DNA from: an uncultured Bacilli bacterium
GTDB taxonomy: Bacteria > Bacillota_I > Bacilli_A > RFN20 > CAG-631
DNA length: 64,000 nt
Direction of reading: 5' to 3'
Assembly (NCBI GenBank): GCA_947599835.1
Contig: CANQFQ010000001.1
Span: forward strand, 73,725 to 137,724
The position numbers were made by a program, and so were the translations under genes. A model generated the notes under the pieces. The model was given only the letters and a program-made list of their open reading frames with translations, was not told where the DNA came from and searched no databases. The stretch's first letter is position 1. Each line of letters starts with the position of its first letter. Positions 54,216 to 64,000 of the stretch are shown here, piece after piece.

Positions 54216-55493
54216 ATGATTGATATTGCACTAATTAGAAACAACAAGGAATTCGTAAAAGAAAACATCAAAAGAAAATTTCAAGATCATAAGCTACCAC
54301 TCGTGGATAAAGCTTATGAATTAGACATTGAAGCACGTAAATATATTACGAAAGCAAGTGATTTAAGAGGAAAGAAAAATGCACTCAGCAAACAAATTGG
54401 TGCACTCTATGCCGCTAAAAAAGTAGAAGAAGCCAATGAAATCAAAAAACAAATTGCGCTTATTGATCAAGAATTGCTTGATTTAGAAGTAGAAGAAGAA
54501 AATACAAAAAAAGCATTAAAAGAAATCATGATGAAAATTCCTAACATCATTGATGAAACCGTACCTATTGGTAAGGATGATTCACAAAATGTAGAAATTA
54601 AAAAATATGGAGAACCTGCTTTGAAGCCATTTGAAGTCCCTTATCATGTTGAAATCATGGAAAAACTTCATGGAATTGATTTAGATAGTGCAAGGAAAGT
54701 GGCAGGAAATGGCTTCTATTATTTGATGGGAGATATTGCGCGCTTGCATTCTGCAATTATTTCCTATGCAAGAGATTTTATGATTGATCGTGGGTTTACT
54801 TATGTTGTGCCTCCTTTCATGATTCGTAGTGATGTGGTAACAGGTGTTATGAGTTTTGAAGAAATGGATGCAATGATGTATAAAATTGAAAATGAAGATT
54901 TATATTTAATCGGTACAAGTGAACATTCTATGATTGGTAAATTTATTGATACCATTTTAGATGAAAAAGATTTACCTTATGTTTATACTTCATATTCTCC
55001 TTGTTTTAGAAAAGAAAAGGGAGCTCATGGTATTGAAGAAAGAGGCGTCTACCGTATTCATCAATTTGAAAAGCAAGAAATGATTGTTGTATGTAAACCA
55101 GAAGATAGTAAAATGTGGTTTGAAAAATTATATCAAAACACGGTGGATTTATTTAGAAGTTTAGATATTCCGGTACGGACACTCGAATGCTGTTCAGGTG
55201 ATTTAGCCGATTTAAAGAGTAAAAGTATTGATGTTGAAGCTTGGAGTCCTAGACAACAAAAATATTTTGAAGTAGGTAGTTGCTCCAATCTTACCGATGC
55301 ACAAGCGAGAAGATTAGGCATCAGAGTAAATGGCGAAAAAGGAAAATATTTTGCTCATACGTTAAATAATACCGTGGTTGCACCACCAAGAATGTTAATT
55401 GCATTTTTAGAAAATAATTTAAATGAAGATGGCAGTGTAAATATTCCAATGGTATTACAACCTTACATGGGTAATAAAACCAAAATAAAATAA
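54216..55493 (+). CDS. serS: Seryl-tRNA synthetase
   Basis: N-terminal coiled-coil arm and class II aaRS motifs (FRKEKGAHGIEERGVYRIHQFEKQE). 425 aa. Confidence 0.9.
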   Translation: MIDIALIRNNKEFVKENIKRKFQDHKLPLVDKAYELDIEARKYITKASDLRGKKNALSKQIGALYAAKKVEEANEIKKQIALIDQELLDLEVEEENTKKALKEIMMKIPNIIDETVPIGKDDSQNVEIKKYGEPALKPFEVPYHVEIMEKLHGIDLDSARKVAGNGFYYLMGDIARLHSAIISYARDFMIDRGFTYVVPPFMIRSDVVTGVMSFEEMDAMMYKIENEDLYLIGTSEHSMIGKFIDTILDEKDLPYVYTSYSPCFRKEKGAHGIEERGVYRIHQFEKQEMIVVCKPEDSKMWFEKLYQNTVDLFRSLDIPVRTLECCSGDLADLKSKSIDVEAWSPRQQKYFEVGSCSNLTDAQARRLGIRVNGEKGKYFAHTLNNTVVAPPRMLIAFLENNLNEDGSVNIPMVLQPYMGNKTKIK

Positions 55494-55525
55494 ATAAAAT
55501 GCACTTTAAGTGCATTTTTTGTCTA
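55493..55525 (+). terminator. Rho-independent terminator after serS
   Basis: Hairpin aaatgcactt-taa-gtgcattt followed by TTTTTGT. Confidence 0.55.
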
Positions 55526-55547
55526 AAAAAGAAAGTGAGTTGTCGTT

Positions 55548-56513
55548 ATGAGTTTTTATATAGGAAATGTTTTTATCGATAAAAAGACTGTTTTAGCACC
55601 TATGGCAGGTGTAACACAAGTCGCATATCGAAGACTTTGCCATCAATTTGGTGCTGGTCTTGTATATAGCGAAATGATTAGTGATAAGGGAATCCATTAT
55701 CACGATAAAAAGACCTTATCTTTGTTACAAGTGGCTGTAGATGAACATCCAATGGCGATTCAAATTTTTGGAGGAGATTTAACTACGTTACTAGAAGCTG
55801 CAAAATTTGTCGATCAAAACACGGATGCAGATATTATTGATATTAACATGGGATGCCCTGTCCCTAAAGTAACCAGAACTTTTGCAGGGAGTTATTATTT
55901 ATTAGATCCAGAAAGAATTTTTTTGACGGTAAAAACGATTGTTTTGAATGTATCAAAACCTGTAACTGTTAAAATTCGCATAGGATGGGATCATCATCAC
56001 ATCAATGCTTTGGAGGTTTCTAAAAAAATTTATGAAGCCGGTGCAAGTGCGATTTGTATTCATGGGAGAACCAAATCGGATTTATATAGTGGGAAAGTAG
56101 ATTATGAAATAATTCGTCGAGTAAAAGAGAGTTTAGGCCAATTTCCAATTATTGCCAATGGTGATATTAAAACACCAGAACAAGCTAAAGAAATTTTAGA
56201 TTTTACAAATTGTGATGCGGTGATGATTGGCCGAGCGTCCTATGGAAATCCTTATCTCTTTACACAGATAAATACTTATTTAGAAACAGGACAAATACTT
56301 GAAAATTTGTCGGAAGAATCGAAAATAAACCTATTAAAATCGTATGCTGATGATTTAATTAAATTAAAGGGAGAATACATTGCAATTCAAGAATTACGAA
56401 AACAAGCAGGATGGTTTTTGAAAGGATTTTATGATTCTACAACACTTCGCAATGAACTTTCTCATATGACATCTTTTGCACAATTTTTAGCGGTTTTGGA
56501 AAAATTAAAATAA
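55548..56513 (+). CDS. dusB: tRNA-dihydrouridine synthase
   Basis: LAPMAGVTQVAYRRLCHQFGAGLVYSEMIS TIM-barrel Dus signature, with the catalytic Cys in NMGCP. Confidence 0.8.
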   Translation: MSFYIGNVFIDKKTVLAPMAGVTQVAYRRLCHQFGAGLVYSEMISDKGIHYHDKKTLSLLQVAVDEHPMAIQIFGGDLTTLLEAAKFVDQNTDADIIDINMGCPVPKVTRTFAGSYYLLDPERIFLTVKTIVLNVSKPVTVKIRIGWDHHHINALEVSKKIYEAGASAICIHGRTKSDLYSGKVDYEIIRRVKESLGQFPIIANGDIKTPEQAKEILDFTNCDAVMIGRASYGNPYLFTQINTYLETGQILENLSEESKINLLKSYADDLIKLKGEYIAIQELRKQAGWFLKGFYDSTTLRNELSHMTSFAQFLAVLEKLK

Positions 56514-56632
56514 CAAAATATAAAAAAATAATTTTTTTTATGGTTTATAGTCACCTATTATGTTATAATAGGTTTGGTTAATTTATATTATTGTAAAATG
56601 CTAACTTTTGAAGCTTTTGAAGGAGGATTTTT

Positions 56633-58114
56633 ATGAAAAAGAAACTTGGCATCTTGCTTTCAATTTTGTTGTTGGCTTTTGTTTCTGGTTGTGGAGAAGG
56701 AAAAAGTAACCACAAAGATAATGCGAGTAGTTCATTGACGGGTAGTTCAACGACGAGTAGTTCAGTGTCTACTTCTTCGAGTGAGGGAAGTAGCGATAGT
56801 AGCAGTTCTACTGAATTTCAAGATTGTGGCTTTTGCCATAGCAAAGCTGCTCCTGTTACGTATCCAGCAACGTTGGATGCTTACACGCCAACAACATTTA
56901 ATCTAGAAGGTTATACGAAGACATTGAATTTAAGTGTAGCACCTGGTGTCGATCTTTACAAAGTTGAATACAATTTAAACACAATTACTGCTGCACAAGG
57001 AAATCATATTACAGTTTATGTGACTGAAGTAGATTTAAATTTGGTTTCGATTGTTGCTGGTAGTTATAACAATACGACGGATCCAGGAAATTATACACAA
57101 ACATCTAAAATTATTGATCAAGTTAATGCTTGGAAAAAAGTAAATCGTGGAAAAACAGTCTATATGGCAACCAATGCTGATTATTTTGGAAATTCCCAAT
57201 CAATCAATGCTTTTGTTAAAGATGGTGTGATTTTAAAATCAGGTCATAATTATGACCGAAACGATTTGCCAGAAAGTTCACCAATGCTTTTAGGCATTAG
57301 TGGCAATCAAGCACAAATTGCTGCAATGACAAAATCTCAAGATCGTTATGAAAATGTCGATGCAAAACTAACTTATGGTGTTGATATTTACAATGCAGAT
57401 ACGAGTGTAGAAACCTATGAAATTGAAAAAGATGGTGCTATTAATGATATTTCAGTCAATTGGCTTACCAAAGGTAATGTACGTGTTTCAAATCATACGG
57501 TTTTGGAATTAACTCAAGATTCTACTGAAGGTAAAATGGTTAAAGCTTATGTTACAAACAAATTTGAAGTGACAAGTGCACAAACATTTACACCAACCCT
57601 AAAAGTAACTTATTTGGTTCTTCCAAGTGATTTTAGAGACGTAGAAGTAAATACGCCGATTGCAGTAGGTTTCATAAAATCTAAAGATAATCTTTGGAAT
57701 TATTATGATACGATTTTGGGTGGTAGACATTCCTTAGTAGAACAAGGAAACATTGCCCCAACAGTATCTAAAGAAACATCAAATGGTGCTAAATCACGAG
57801 TTCCTCGGACTGCAGTAGGCATCAAAAATGATGGTACCGTTATGATCGTGTCCGTCGAAGATTTGGAATATAATGCTTCAAAGAATCCAGCTGGAAATTT
57901 AAATAGTGGTGTGAACTTAGTTGAATTAAGTGATTTTATGCGTTACTATGGTGCGTACAATGCATTTAATTTTGATGGTGGAGGTTCCACACAATTATTG
58001 GTTAATAATAATGGCTTTATGACAGTTATGGTTCGTTCATCTGACTATGGCGCTGCTTATACTGATACCAATTGCAGAAATGTTATTAACACGATTATGG
58101 TTGTAAGCAAATAA
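56633..58114 (+). CDS. Lipoprotein, phosphodiester glycosidase (NAGPA/DUF2233) family, with Ser/Thr-rich linker
   Basis: Lipobox FVSGCGE. Linker SSSLTGSSTTSSSVSTSSSEGSSDSSSST. The C-terminal AFNFDGGGSTQLL matches the NLDGGGSST motif of the phosphodiester glycosidase family. Confidence 0.5.
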   Translation: MKKKLGILLSILLLAFVSGCGEGKSNHKDNASSSLTGSSTTSSSVSTSSSEGSSDSSSSTEFQDCGFCHSKAAPVTYPATLDAYTPTTFNLEGYTKTLNLSVAPGVDLYKVEYNLNTITAAQGNHITVYVTEVDLNLVSIVAGSYNNTTDPGNYTQTSKIIDQVNAWKKVNRGKTVYMATNADYFGNSQSINAFVKDGVILKSGHNYDRNDLPESSPMLLGISGNQAQIAAMTKSQDRYENVDAKLTYGVDIYNADTSVETYEIEKDGAINDISVNWLTKGNVRVSNHTVLELTQDSTEGKMVKAYVTNKFEVTSAQTFTPTLKVTYLVLPSDFRDVEVNTPIAVGFIKSKDNLWNYYDTILGGRHSLVEQGNIAPTVSKETSNGAKSRVPRTAVGIKNDGTVMIVSVEDLEYNASKNPAGNLNSGVNLVELSDFMRYYGAYNAFNFDGGGSTQLLVNNNGFMTVMVRSSDYGAAYTDTNCRNVINTIMVVSK

Positions 58115-58138
58115 AATCTAGAGATGGGAGAAATAATC

Positions 58139-59896
58139 ATGAAAATAAAAAACAAATTATTTTTGGCATTACCCATAATGTTAGCGATTACATCAATGAC
58201 TGGTTGTGCAAAAAATGATACAACAAACGGAAAATCTTTAGCAGTTAATGGATGGGATCCAATTTTAGAATATAAAGGCGATATTGATGTTATGATGTAC
58301 ATTATTGGACACACGGATACTTATCTAGATATCGGAAATCCTAAATGGACATCCGAAGATATTATCGACCAAAGTGCTGCTTTATTCTTTGCAGCTGCAA
58401 GAGAATTTAAAAAGATTTATCCAGATATAAAAATTAACATGTATTCATGTGATGGTGCGGATGGACATCCTAGTTATTATGAAAGTTATCGAAACTATCT
58501 TTCTAATCATGACAATCGACCACCACACATTATGCATCATGTGAATTCCATTCCTACGATGTTAGAATCAGGAATTATTGCTGATTTTTCTCAATATAAA
58601 GATGAATTCCCATTGTACAAATATTTAAACAAAGATTTGCTTAAGTATTCCAATTATGGTGGCTTCCAAGCAAGTGTACCTTTTGGCGTTTATCCTAAAA
58701 CGATTACATTAAATACTTATTTATACGAAGGCGAAGGAAGCTATGGAGAAATGCCTGCACCAGAACCAGGCGAATGGACATTAGATGCATTAGATGCATT
58801 AATTACTTCTAGAAAACCACAAGTGGGTGGTGTTGCTGGATTAATTAATTTAGATATTGATATGCCTAATTTTGTCTTACCAACGATTTATAAAAATTAT
58901 ATTGAAGGCAAGAATGTGGATTTAAATACGCCTGAAGTGCGTCATATGCTTGAACTAGAATATAAATGGAATAAAGATTATGTTTGGTACAACCCTGATA
59001 GTTCTGAAAAAATCAAGGGTCAAGAATGGCATAATTGGCAAAAAGTAGAACTCATGTCTAAAGATAGAGCAGTTGTTCAATTAGATCGTTCATTTAGTAT
59101 GGGTGGACTTTCTCAAAAAGCAGTCAAAAATGGTACTGCAGATCACTTAGATATGTATCCTTATCCAGGATTAACTGAAGAAGATGATTTAAGCTTAGGT
59201 ATTATGTTTGGTGCTTTACATTTAGGAAATCAATGTCCAATTATTAACAATAAAGAAACTTGTACAAAACAACAACGATTAGCCCAAGAAGCTGCAGCTT
59301 ATTTTGCAACTTTTATGGTATCTGACCCACGTTCAATTAAAGCGGCTTCAGAAATTGAATGGAACAATCCAACAAGTGATGATGAATCCGATTATGAAAA
59401 AGGTAAAGTTGTCGGTGCGATTAAAGGATTCCCAGTGTTAAGTAGAACGGATGAAAATGGTAATCCTTATGCTTTACCAGTCAGTGTAGAAGGTGTTGAA
59501 GATGAATACAATCAACAACTTTCATACTTTTTGAAAAACTATCCTACTTGGAATCCAGAAACGAAACCGGGTGTTGCCAAAGTAATGGAAATGTATTCTA
59601 ATAACGATTTTATTGTATGCTCTGATAATTTTTATCCTTGGGTTATCCCTGATAATGATACGGGGGGGACAAAAAATATTTTTGGCGTTTGGAATGGCAG
59701 ATGGTATACGAAAGCTTTAGGCGAAGTTAACATTAATAGTGTTACATGGGCAAGTACCGTGGCTGGTTTATTAAACAATTGGGCAAATGATATTAATTCA
59801 AATACTGAAATGGCTTGGAATTATATTGAAGAATGTATGCATCAATATTATAAATTACCAGCTGATTTTGATGTCAGAGATAATACAAAAATCTAA
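58139..59896 (+). CDS. Large lipoprotein, probable family-1 extracellular solute-binding protein (ABC transporter SBP-like)
   Basis: Lipobox MTGCAKN. The EFKKIYPDIKINMYS segment is typical of type-I SBPs. At 585 aa it is larger than usual. Start taken at MKIKNK. Confidence 0.4.
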   Translation: MKIKNKLFLALPIMLAITSMTGCAKNDTTNGKSLAVNGWDPILEYKGDIDVMMYIIGHTDTYLDIGNPKWTSEDIIDQSAALFFAAAREFKKIYPDIKINMYSCDGADGHPSYYESYRNYLSNHDNRPPHIMHHVNSIPTMLESGIIADFSQYKDEFPLYKYLNKDLLKYSNYGGFQASVPFGVYPKTITLNTYLYEGEGSYGEMPAPEPGEWTLDALDALITSRKPQVGGVAGLINLDIDMPNFVLPTIYKNYIEGKNVDLNTPEVRHMLELEYKWNKDYVWYNPDSSEKIKGQEWHNWQKVELMSKDRAVVQLDRSFSMGGLSQKAVKNGTADHLDMYPYPGLTEEDDLSLGIMFGALHLGNQCPIINNKETCTKQQRLAQEAAAYFATFMVSDPRSIKAASEIEWNNPTSDDESDYEKGKVVGAIKGFPVLSRTDENGNPYALPVSVEGVEDEYNQQLSYFLKNYPTWNPETKPGVAKVMEMYSNNDFIVCSDNFYPWVIPDNDTGGTKNIFGVWNGRWYTKALGEVNINSVTWASTVAGLLNNWANDINSNTEMAWNYIEECMHQYYKLPADFDVRDNTKI

Positions 59897-59962
59897 AGAA
59901 ATTAACGAGAATGGGTAGCCATTTTTTCCATTCTCGTATTTGTTGTTTTTAGGAGGGATAAG

Positions 59963-62900
59963 ATGAAAAGAAAAACAGGCAAACTAGCAATGTTTAGTTT
60001 AGGAGTATTATTGCTATTAACATCATGCAGTAAAGCTGTTAAACCATATTCAGTAACACTTGAAGACTATGAAACTAGTGTGGATTATATTTTAAATCGA
60101 ACAGGTGGCAGCGATGACTATATTTATCGATATAAACAATTATTAACAAAATATGATAGTTATGTGGATGCTAGCAATAAAAGAGTATTAACGGCTACCA
60201 ATGCTATACATCCTCAAGAAGATATTGAAGGCGAAGATAAAAATAACGTTGATATTTTATTATCGCGAAGTTTAGGTGGAGAAATTCGTTATTCCATAAC
60301 GACATCAGCCGATGGGCTTACATTAGCCAATGTTCCTAATGGATTATATACTTTAGAAGTGGAATATTATCTACCTATTGATTTTCTTTCTAGTGGATTA
60401 ATTAGTGTTTATATCGGCAATTCATTGCAATTTTCTTCAGCAACTTCTATGGAACTTCCATTATTGTATGAAGACGATGTAGAAATGAAAGAAGATGGAA
60501 ATAAAGATTTTGATGGCTATGTAAATAAATATGGTGATCAATTAGCTCCTAAGACAAGAAGATATGGAACATGGGCGTCTACGGTTTTGAATACCAATGT
60601 CAAAGATACGGCAGAGCCTGCACTTTTTGAAATTAATTCTAATACTAGTTCTATTATCTTTAGAAGCAATTCAGAAAGTACCATTTATATTCGAAAAGTC
60701 ACCTTGATTCCTTATCAACCTTTAAAAAATTATACAACCTATTATAGCGAAGTTAATCATACGCAAGGACAAGGAACATATAAATTAAATGCAATCGATT
60801 ATGCCTATAAAAATGATAAAGCTATTCGATTAGCTACCGAAATGACCGCTACCGTCGCACCATTTAATAATTATAAAAAATTAATCAATGTTTTGGATGG
60901 CTGGGATTTAGCAGGTCAAACAGCTACATGGAAAATAACTGTCGATCAAGCAGGACTTTATCCATTGACATTCCACTATTATAATGGTACAAATGAAGGC
61001 CCTGTTTTTCGGACAATTCGTATTAATGGCGAAATTCCATTCGAAGAATTTAAGAATTATCGTTTTGACAATACAGGTAGTGGGTATGCCAATGAAACGC
61101 TCAATAAAAATGGTAAACCTTTGTATTATTATTTTAATGCAAATGAAGAATATGAAATCTCCGTTACCTCAGAAAAAGAAATTTTCTCTGAAAGTTATTA
61201 TAGTTTAATGTCAATCTATAATGATATTAATGATTTTGCTATTGAAATAAGAAAAATTACGGGGGCTGTCGTAGATACCAATCGACAATGGCGTTTGACG
61301 ACGATTTTCCCAGAAACAGAAGATTTATTACAATATTATAAAAATGTTATTTATTATGAATATAATCGTCTTTCTCAATTAGTAGATAAAAGTTCTATGA
61401 TTTTGTCTTATTTCCCTCGAATGACACAATTATTAGATTCGTTTATTAAATCACCTAATAGTATTCCTAACAATCTAAACCGTTTTTCTTCGGGTGATTC
61501 ATGCTTAGCAAAATTAATCGCAGATACGGCAAATATGTTAACAGCGACGAATATGACCTTAGATATGATTTATCTAACGAATGATTCATCCAAAATTGCA
61601 AGAGCAAATGCTTCCGGTTGGGAAAACTTTAAAAATAGTATAAGTTCTTTATTTGATACATTTACTTCAGATCGTTATAAAACAGAAAATGATCCAGATC
61701 AATTAAATGTTTGGGTCAATCGTTCTTTAAACTATATTGAAATCATGCAAGCAATGGCAGATAACGATTTCACGAAAAAGACAGGAATTAAAGTCAATCT
61801 TCGTCAAATGCCTGGAGAACAAAATTTGATTTTAGCGAATGCTGCAAATCAAACCCCAGATTTAGCATTAGGGGTAACCGCAGGGTTGGCCTTTGAATTT
61901 GCTTTACGTGGCGATGCGGCTTATCCTTTAAGTGATTTTGAAGATTTCTGGGATGTGGCTGCAAACATTCCTGCAGGACAATTTATGTCTTCTTTATATC
62001 AAGATAAAATTTATGGATTACCTGAAACTTCAACAGCTCAAGTTTTATATGGTAGATCAGATATTCTCGAAGTTATTGGTGATAATAATACCGAATTACC
62101 AATGCCTGACACTTGGGATGATTTAATTAATATTCTTCCTAGATTACAAAGTTCAGGAATGAATTTCTATTATCCAGCAAGTGTAAGTACTTCTTTAAAA
62201 CCGCTATCGGCGACAGTACAATTGATTTTACAAAATGGCGGTAAATTATATAGCGATGATGGTTTTTCTGTTGATTTAAGAACTGATGAAAGTGTAAAAG
62301 GATTACAAACCTTAACAGATTTATATACGATTTATGCATTACCTGCAGAAGTAGCTAATTTCTTTAACTCTTTCCGTTATGGATCTGTTCCACTAGGTGT
62401 TAGTGATATTAGCATGTATATTTCATTAAAATATGTTGCTCCTGAATTAGCCGGTAAATGGAAAATTGCTTTACCACCTGGAGTTAAACAAAATTGTTCT
62501 ATTGAAGATGGAACTTGTGAAGATTTAAATGGTGATGGAACTCCTGATGAAGTTTCTAGATGGTATATTTCAAATGGCTCAACATCGATGATTTTCAATA
62601 AATCTAAAAAAATTGATGAAGCTTGGGAATTTAATAAATGGTGGATGAGCACAGATGTTCAAATAGAATATGCAGATACGTTACAATCCATTTATGGTCC
62701 ATCCTTTGTTTGGTTTAGTGCTAATAAAGAAGCAGCTAAAGAATTATTGGTGGATAGTGATGTTCGAGAAATTATGTTGGAAGCTCAGAAATGGATTACC
62801 GATTTGCAACAATTACCTGGACAATATATGATTCAAAGAGGTTTATCAGATATTTGGAACACGGTTGTTTTAGGAAAATCTAGTAGCGGTACGGAAGCGG

Positions 62901-63082
62901 TTAAAATGTCTGTAGCGAATGCTATCGATTTAAATAAAGTTGTTATCGATCGTGAAATTCGTAGAAAAATGGAAGAGTTTGGTTTTTATGATACAAAGAC
63001 CAATACACCAATAAAAAAATATATGATTCGTGATTATCAATGGATGCTTCAATGCATTCAAAACAAAAAATGTCCAATTTAA
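59963..63082 (+). CDS. Giant lipoprotein (1039 aa): unknown N-terminal ~500-aa domain fused to a family-1 solute-binding (LplA/YtcQ-like) domain
   Basis: Lipobox LLTSCSK. The C-terminal half reads ...TKKTGIKVNLRQMPGEQNLILANAANQTPDLALGV..., typical of sugar SBPs paired with LplB/LplC permeases. The N-terminal half has no recognisable motif. Confidence 0.5.
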   Translation: MKRKTGKLAMFSLGVLLLLTSCSKAVKPYSVTLEDYETSVDYILNRTGGSDDYIYRYKQLLTKYDSYVDASNKRVLTATNAIHPQEDIEGEDKNNVDILLSRSLGGEIRYSITTSADGLTLANVPNGLYTLEVEYYLPIDFLSSGLISVYIGNSLQFSSATSMELPLLYEDDVEMKEDGNKDFDGYVNKYGDQLAPKTRRYGTWASTVLNTNVKDTAEPALFEINSNTSSIIFRSNSESTIYIRKVTLIPYQPLKNYTTYYSEVNHTQGQGTYKLNAIDYAYKNDKAIRLATEMTATVAPFNNYKKLINVLDGWDLAGQTATWKITVDQAGLYPLTFHYYNGTNEGPVFRTIRINGEIPFEEFKNYRFDNTGSGYANETLNKNGKPLYYYFNANEEYEISVTSEKEIFSESYYSLMSIYNDINDFAIEIRKITGAVVDTNRQWRLTTIFPETEDLLQYYKNVIYYEYNRLSQLVDKSSMILSYFPRMTQLLDSFIKSPNSIPNNLNRFSSGDSCLAKLIADTANMLTATNMTLDMIYLTNDSSKIARANASGWENFKNSISSLFDTFTSDRYKTENDPDQLNVWVNRSLNYIEIMQAMADNDFTKKTGIKVNLRQMPGEQNLILANAANQTPDLALGVTAGLAFEFALRGDAAYPLSDFEDFWDVAANIPAGQFMSSLYQDKIYGLPETSTAQVLYGRSDILEVIGDNNTELPMPDTWDDLINILPRLQSSGMNFYYPASVSTSLKPLSATVQLILQNGGKLYSDDGFSVDLRTDESVKGLQTLTDLYTIYALPAEVANFFNSFRYGSVPLGVSDISMYISLKYVAPELAGKWKIALPPGVKQNCSIEDGTCEDLNGDGTPDEVSRWYISNGSTSMIFNKSKKIDEAWEFNKWWMSTDVQIEYADTLQSIYGPSFVWFSANKEAAKELLVDSDVREIMLEAQKWITDLQQLPGQYMIQRGLSDIWNTVVLGKSSSGTEAVKMSVANAIDLNKVVIDREIRRKMEEFGFYDTKTNTPIKKYMIRDYQWMLQCIQNKKCPI

Positions 63083-63099
63083 GGAGGTGAATCATTGGT

Positions 63100-64000
63100 A
63101 TGAGTTATTCTACACAATCCGTTGAGCAGCCTAAAATTCGTAGAAATATTCAAGGCTACACATTGAAAAAAACGGATAAGACAAAAAAGAAAAGAAGACA
63201 TAAGAATACAGGTATTAATGGTTCAGCTTGGGGTATTTTCTTACTTGTCTTTCCATTTGCAGCTTTATTTTTCGTTTTCATTGTTGTTCCAGTTTTCATG
63301 TCTGCATTATTAAGTTTGACTTATTATAATGCTATTGACACGCCAAGATTTATTGGTATTCAAAATTACATTGATATGTTTACTCGAGATAGAGAATTTA
63401 TGATGTATGTTATTCCACAAACATTAAAATTCGCTATCATTGTCGGACCTGGAGGTTATATTTTATCCTTCATTATTGCATGGATGTTAGCCCAATTACC
63501 TCGGGGAATTCGTACAGTTTTAGCTTTAATTGTCTACACTCCTTCTCTTGCTGGAGGTGTCTTTATTGGTGTTATCTGGAAATCCTTTTTCTCTGGTGAC
63601 CAATTTGGTTATTTAAATGCTATTTTAATGAATTTAGGTATTATTAAAGCTCCAATTGCATGGCTAACCTCGCCACAATATTTGTTAAATTTAACAATAT
63701 TTGTTGCATTATGGTCTTCCTTTGGTATAGGTTTCTTATCCATTCTTGCTTCTTTATGTAATTTGGATCAAGAATTATTCGAAGCCGCTCATATTGATGG
63801 AATTAAAAATCGTTTCCAAGAAACAATTTATGTTACAATTCCTCAAATGAAAGGTTCCATGTTCTTTAGTGCAATTATGTCAATTACGAGTGCAATGAGT
63901 GCAGGTACACTTGCTGTTGATTTGTCAGGATCCAATCCTACGCCACAAAATTCAGCCCAAACGATTCTTGCACACATGAACGATTATGCATTTATTAGAA
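63100..64000 (+). CDS. ABC transporter permease (MalF/LplB-like), 3' partial
   Basis: Polytopic, with the EAAHIDGIKNRFQETIYVTIP EAA-loop of binding-protein-dependent permeases. RBS AAGGAGG lies 9 nt upstream. Runs off the window end. Confidence 0.75.
   Translation, partial: MSYSTQSVEQPKIRRNIQGYTLKKTDKTKKKRRHKNTGINGSAWGIFLLVFPFAALFFVFIVVPVFMSALLSLTYYNAIDTPRFIGIQNYIDMFTRDREFMMYVIPQTLKFAIIVGPGGYILSFIIAWMLAQLPRGIRTVLALIVYTPSLAGGVFIGVIWKSFFSGDQFGYLNAILMNLGIIKAPIAWLTSPQYLLNLTIFVALWSSFGIGFLSILASLCNLDQELFEAAHIDGIKNRFQETIYVTIPQMKGSMFFSAIMSITSAMSAGTLAVDLSGSNPTPQNSAQTILAHMNDYAFIR

Overview
The window looks like a low-GC (roughly 30% GC) Firmicutes chromosome, probably a spore-forming Erysipelotrichia- or Bacilli-like gut organism. 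That taxonomic placement is inference from gene content and is low confidence. Most of the window is core chromosome with Bacillus-like synteny blocks: dapB-cca-dnaD-nth, then recU-ponA, then gpsB-rnpB, then pgsA-cinA-recA, then rny-ymdB-spoVS, then rpsF-ssb-rpsR, then yaaA-recF-gyrB-gyrA-serS-dusB. A clear RNase P RNA (rnpB, type B) sits directly after gpsB. A perfect 16-bp parS palindrome lies between gyrA and serS, and chromosomal parA/parB occur elsewhere in the window. Other core genes are an isoprenoid (MEP) cluster (ispD, dxs, ispH, uppS) and sporulation genes (spoIVA, spoVS, dacB-spmA-spmB). There are two accessory-looking regions. The first (about 13.1-21.1 kb) holds a SAM-methyltransferase-like protein divergent from a cytoplasmic GH26-like fusion protein, plus an operon of three secreted proteins or lipoproteins with Big_2, Flg_new and DUF6273-like domains. 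The second (56.6-64 kb) is a glycan uptake locus encoding a phosphodiester-glycosidase lipoprotein, two oversized solute-binding lipoproteins (one of 1039 aa with an extra N-terminal domain) and an ABC permease. A right-handed beta-helix lipoprotein with a Gly/Pro-rich tail interrupts the otherwise conserved recA-rny synteny. No CRISPR array, tRNA, integrase, transposase or obvious defence island was seen. dnaA/dnaN and DnaA-box clusters are absent, even though yaaA-recF-gyrBA are present.
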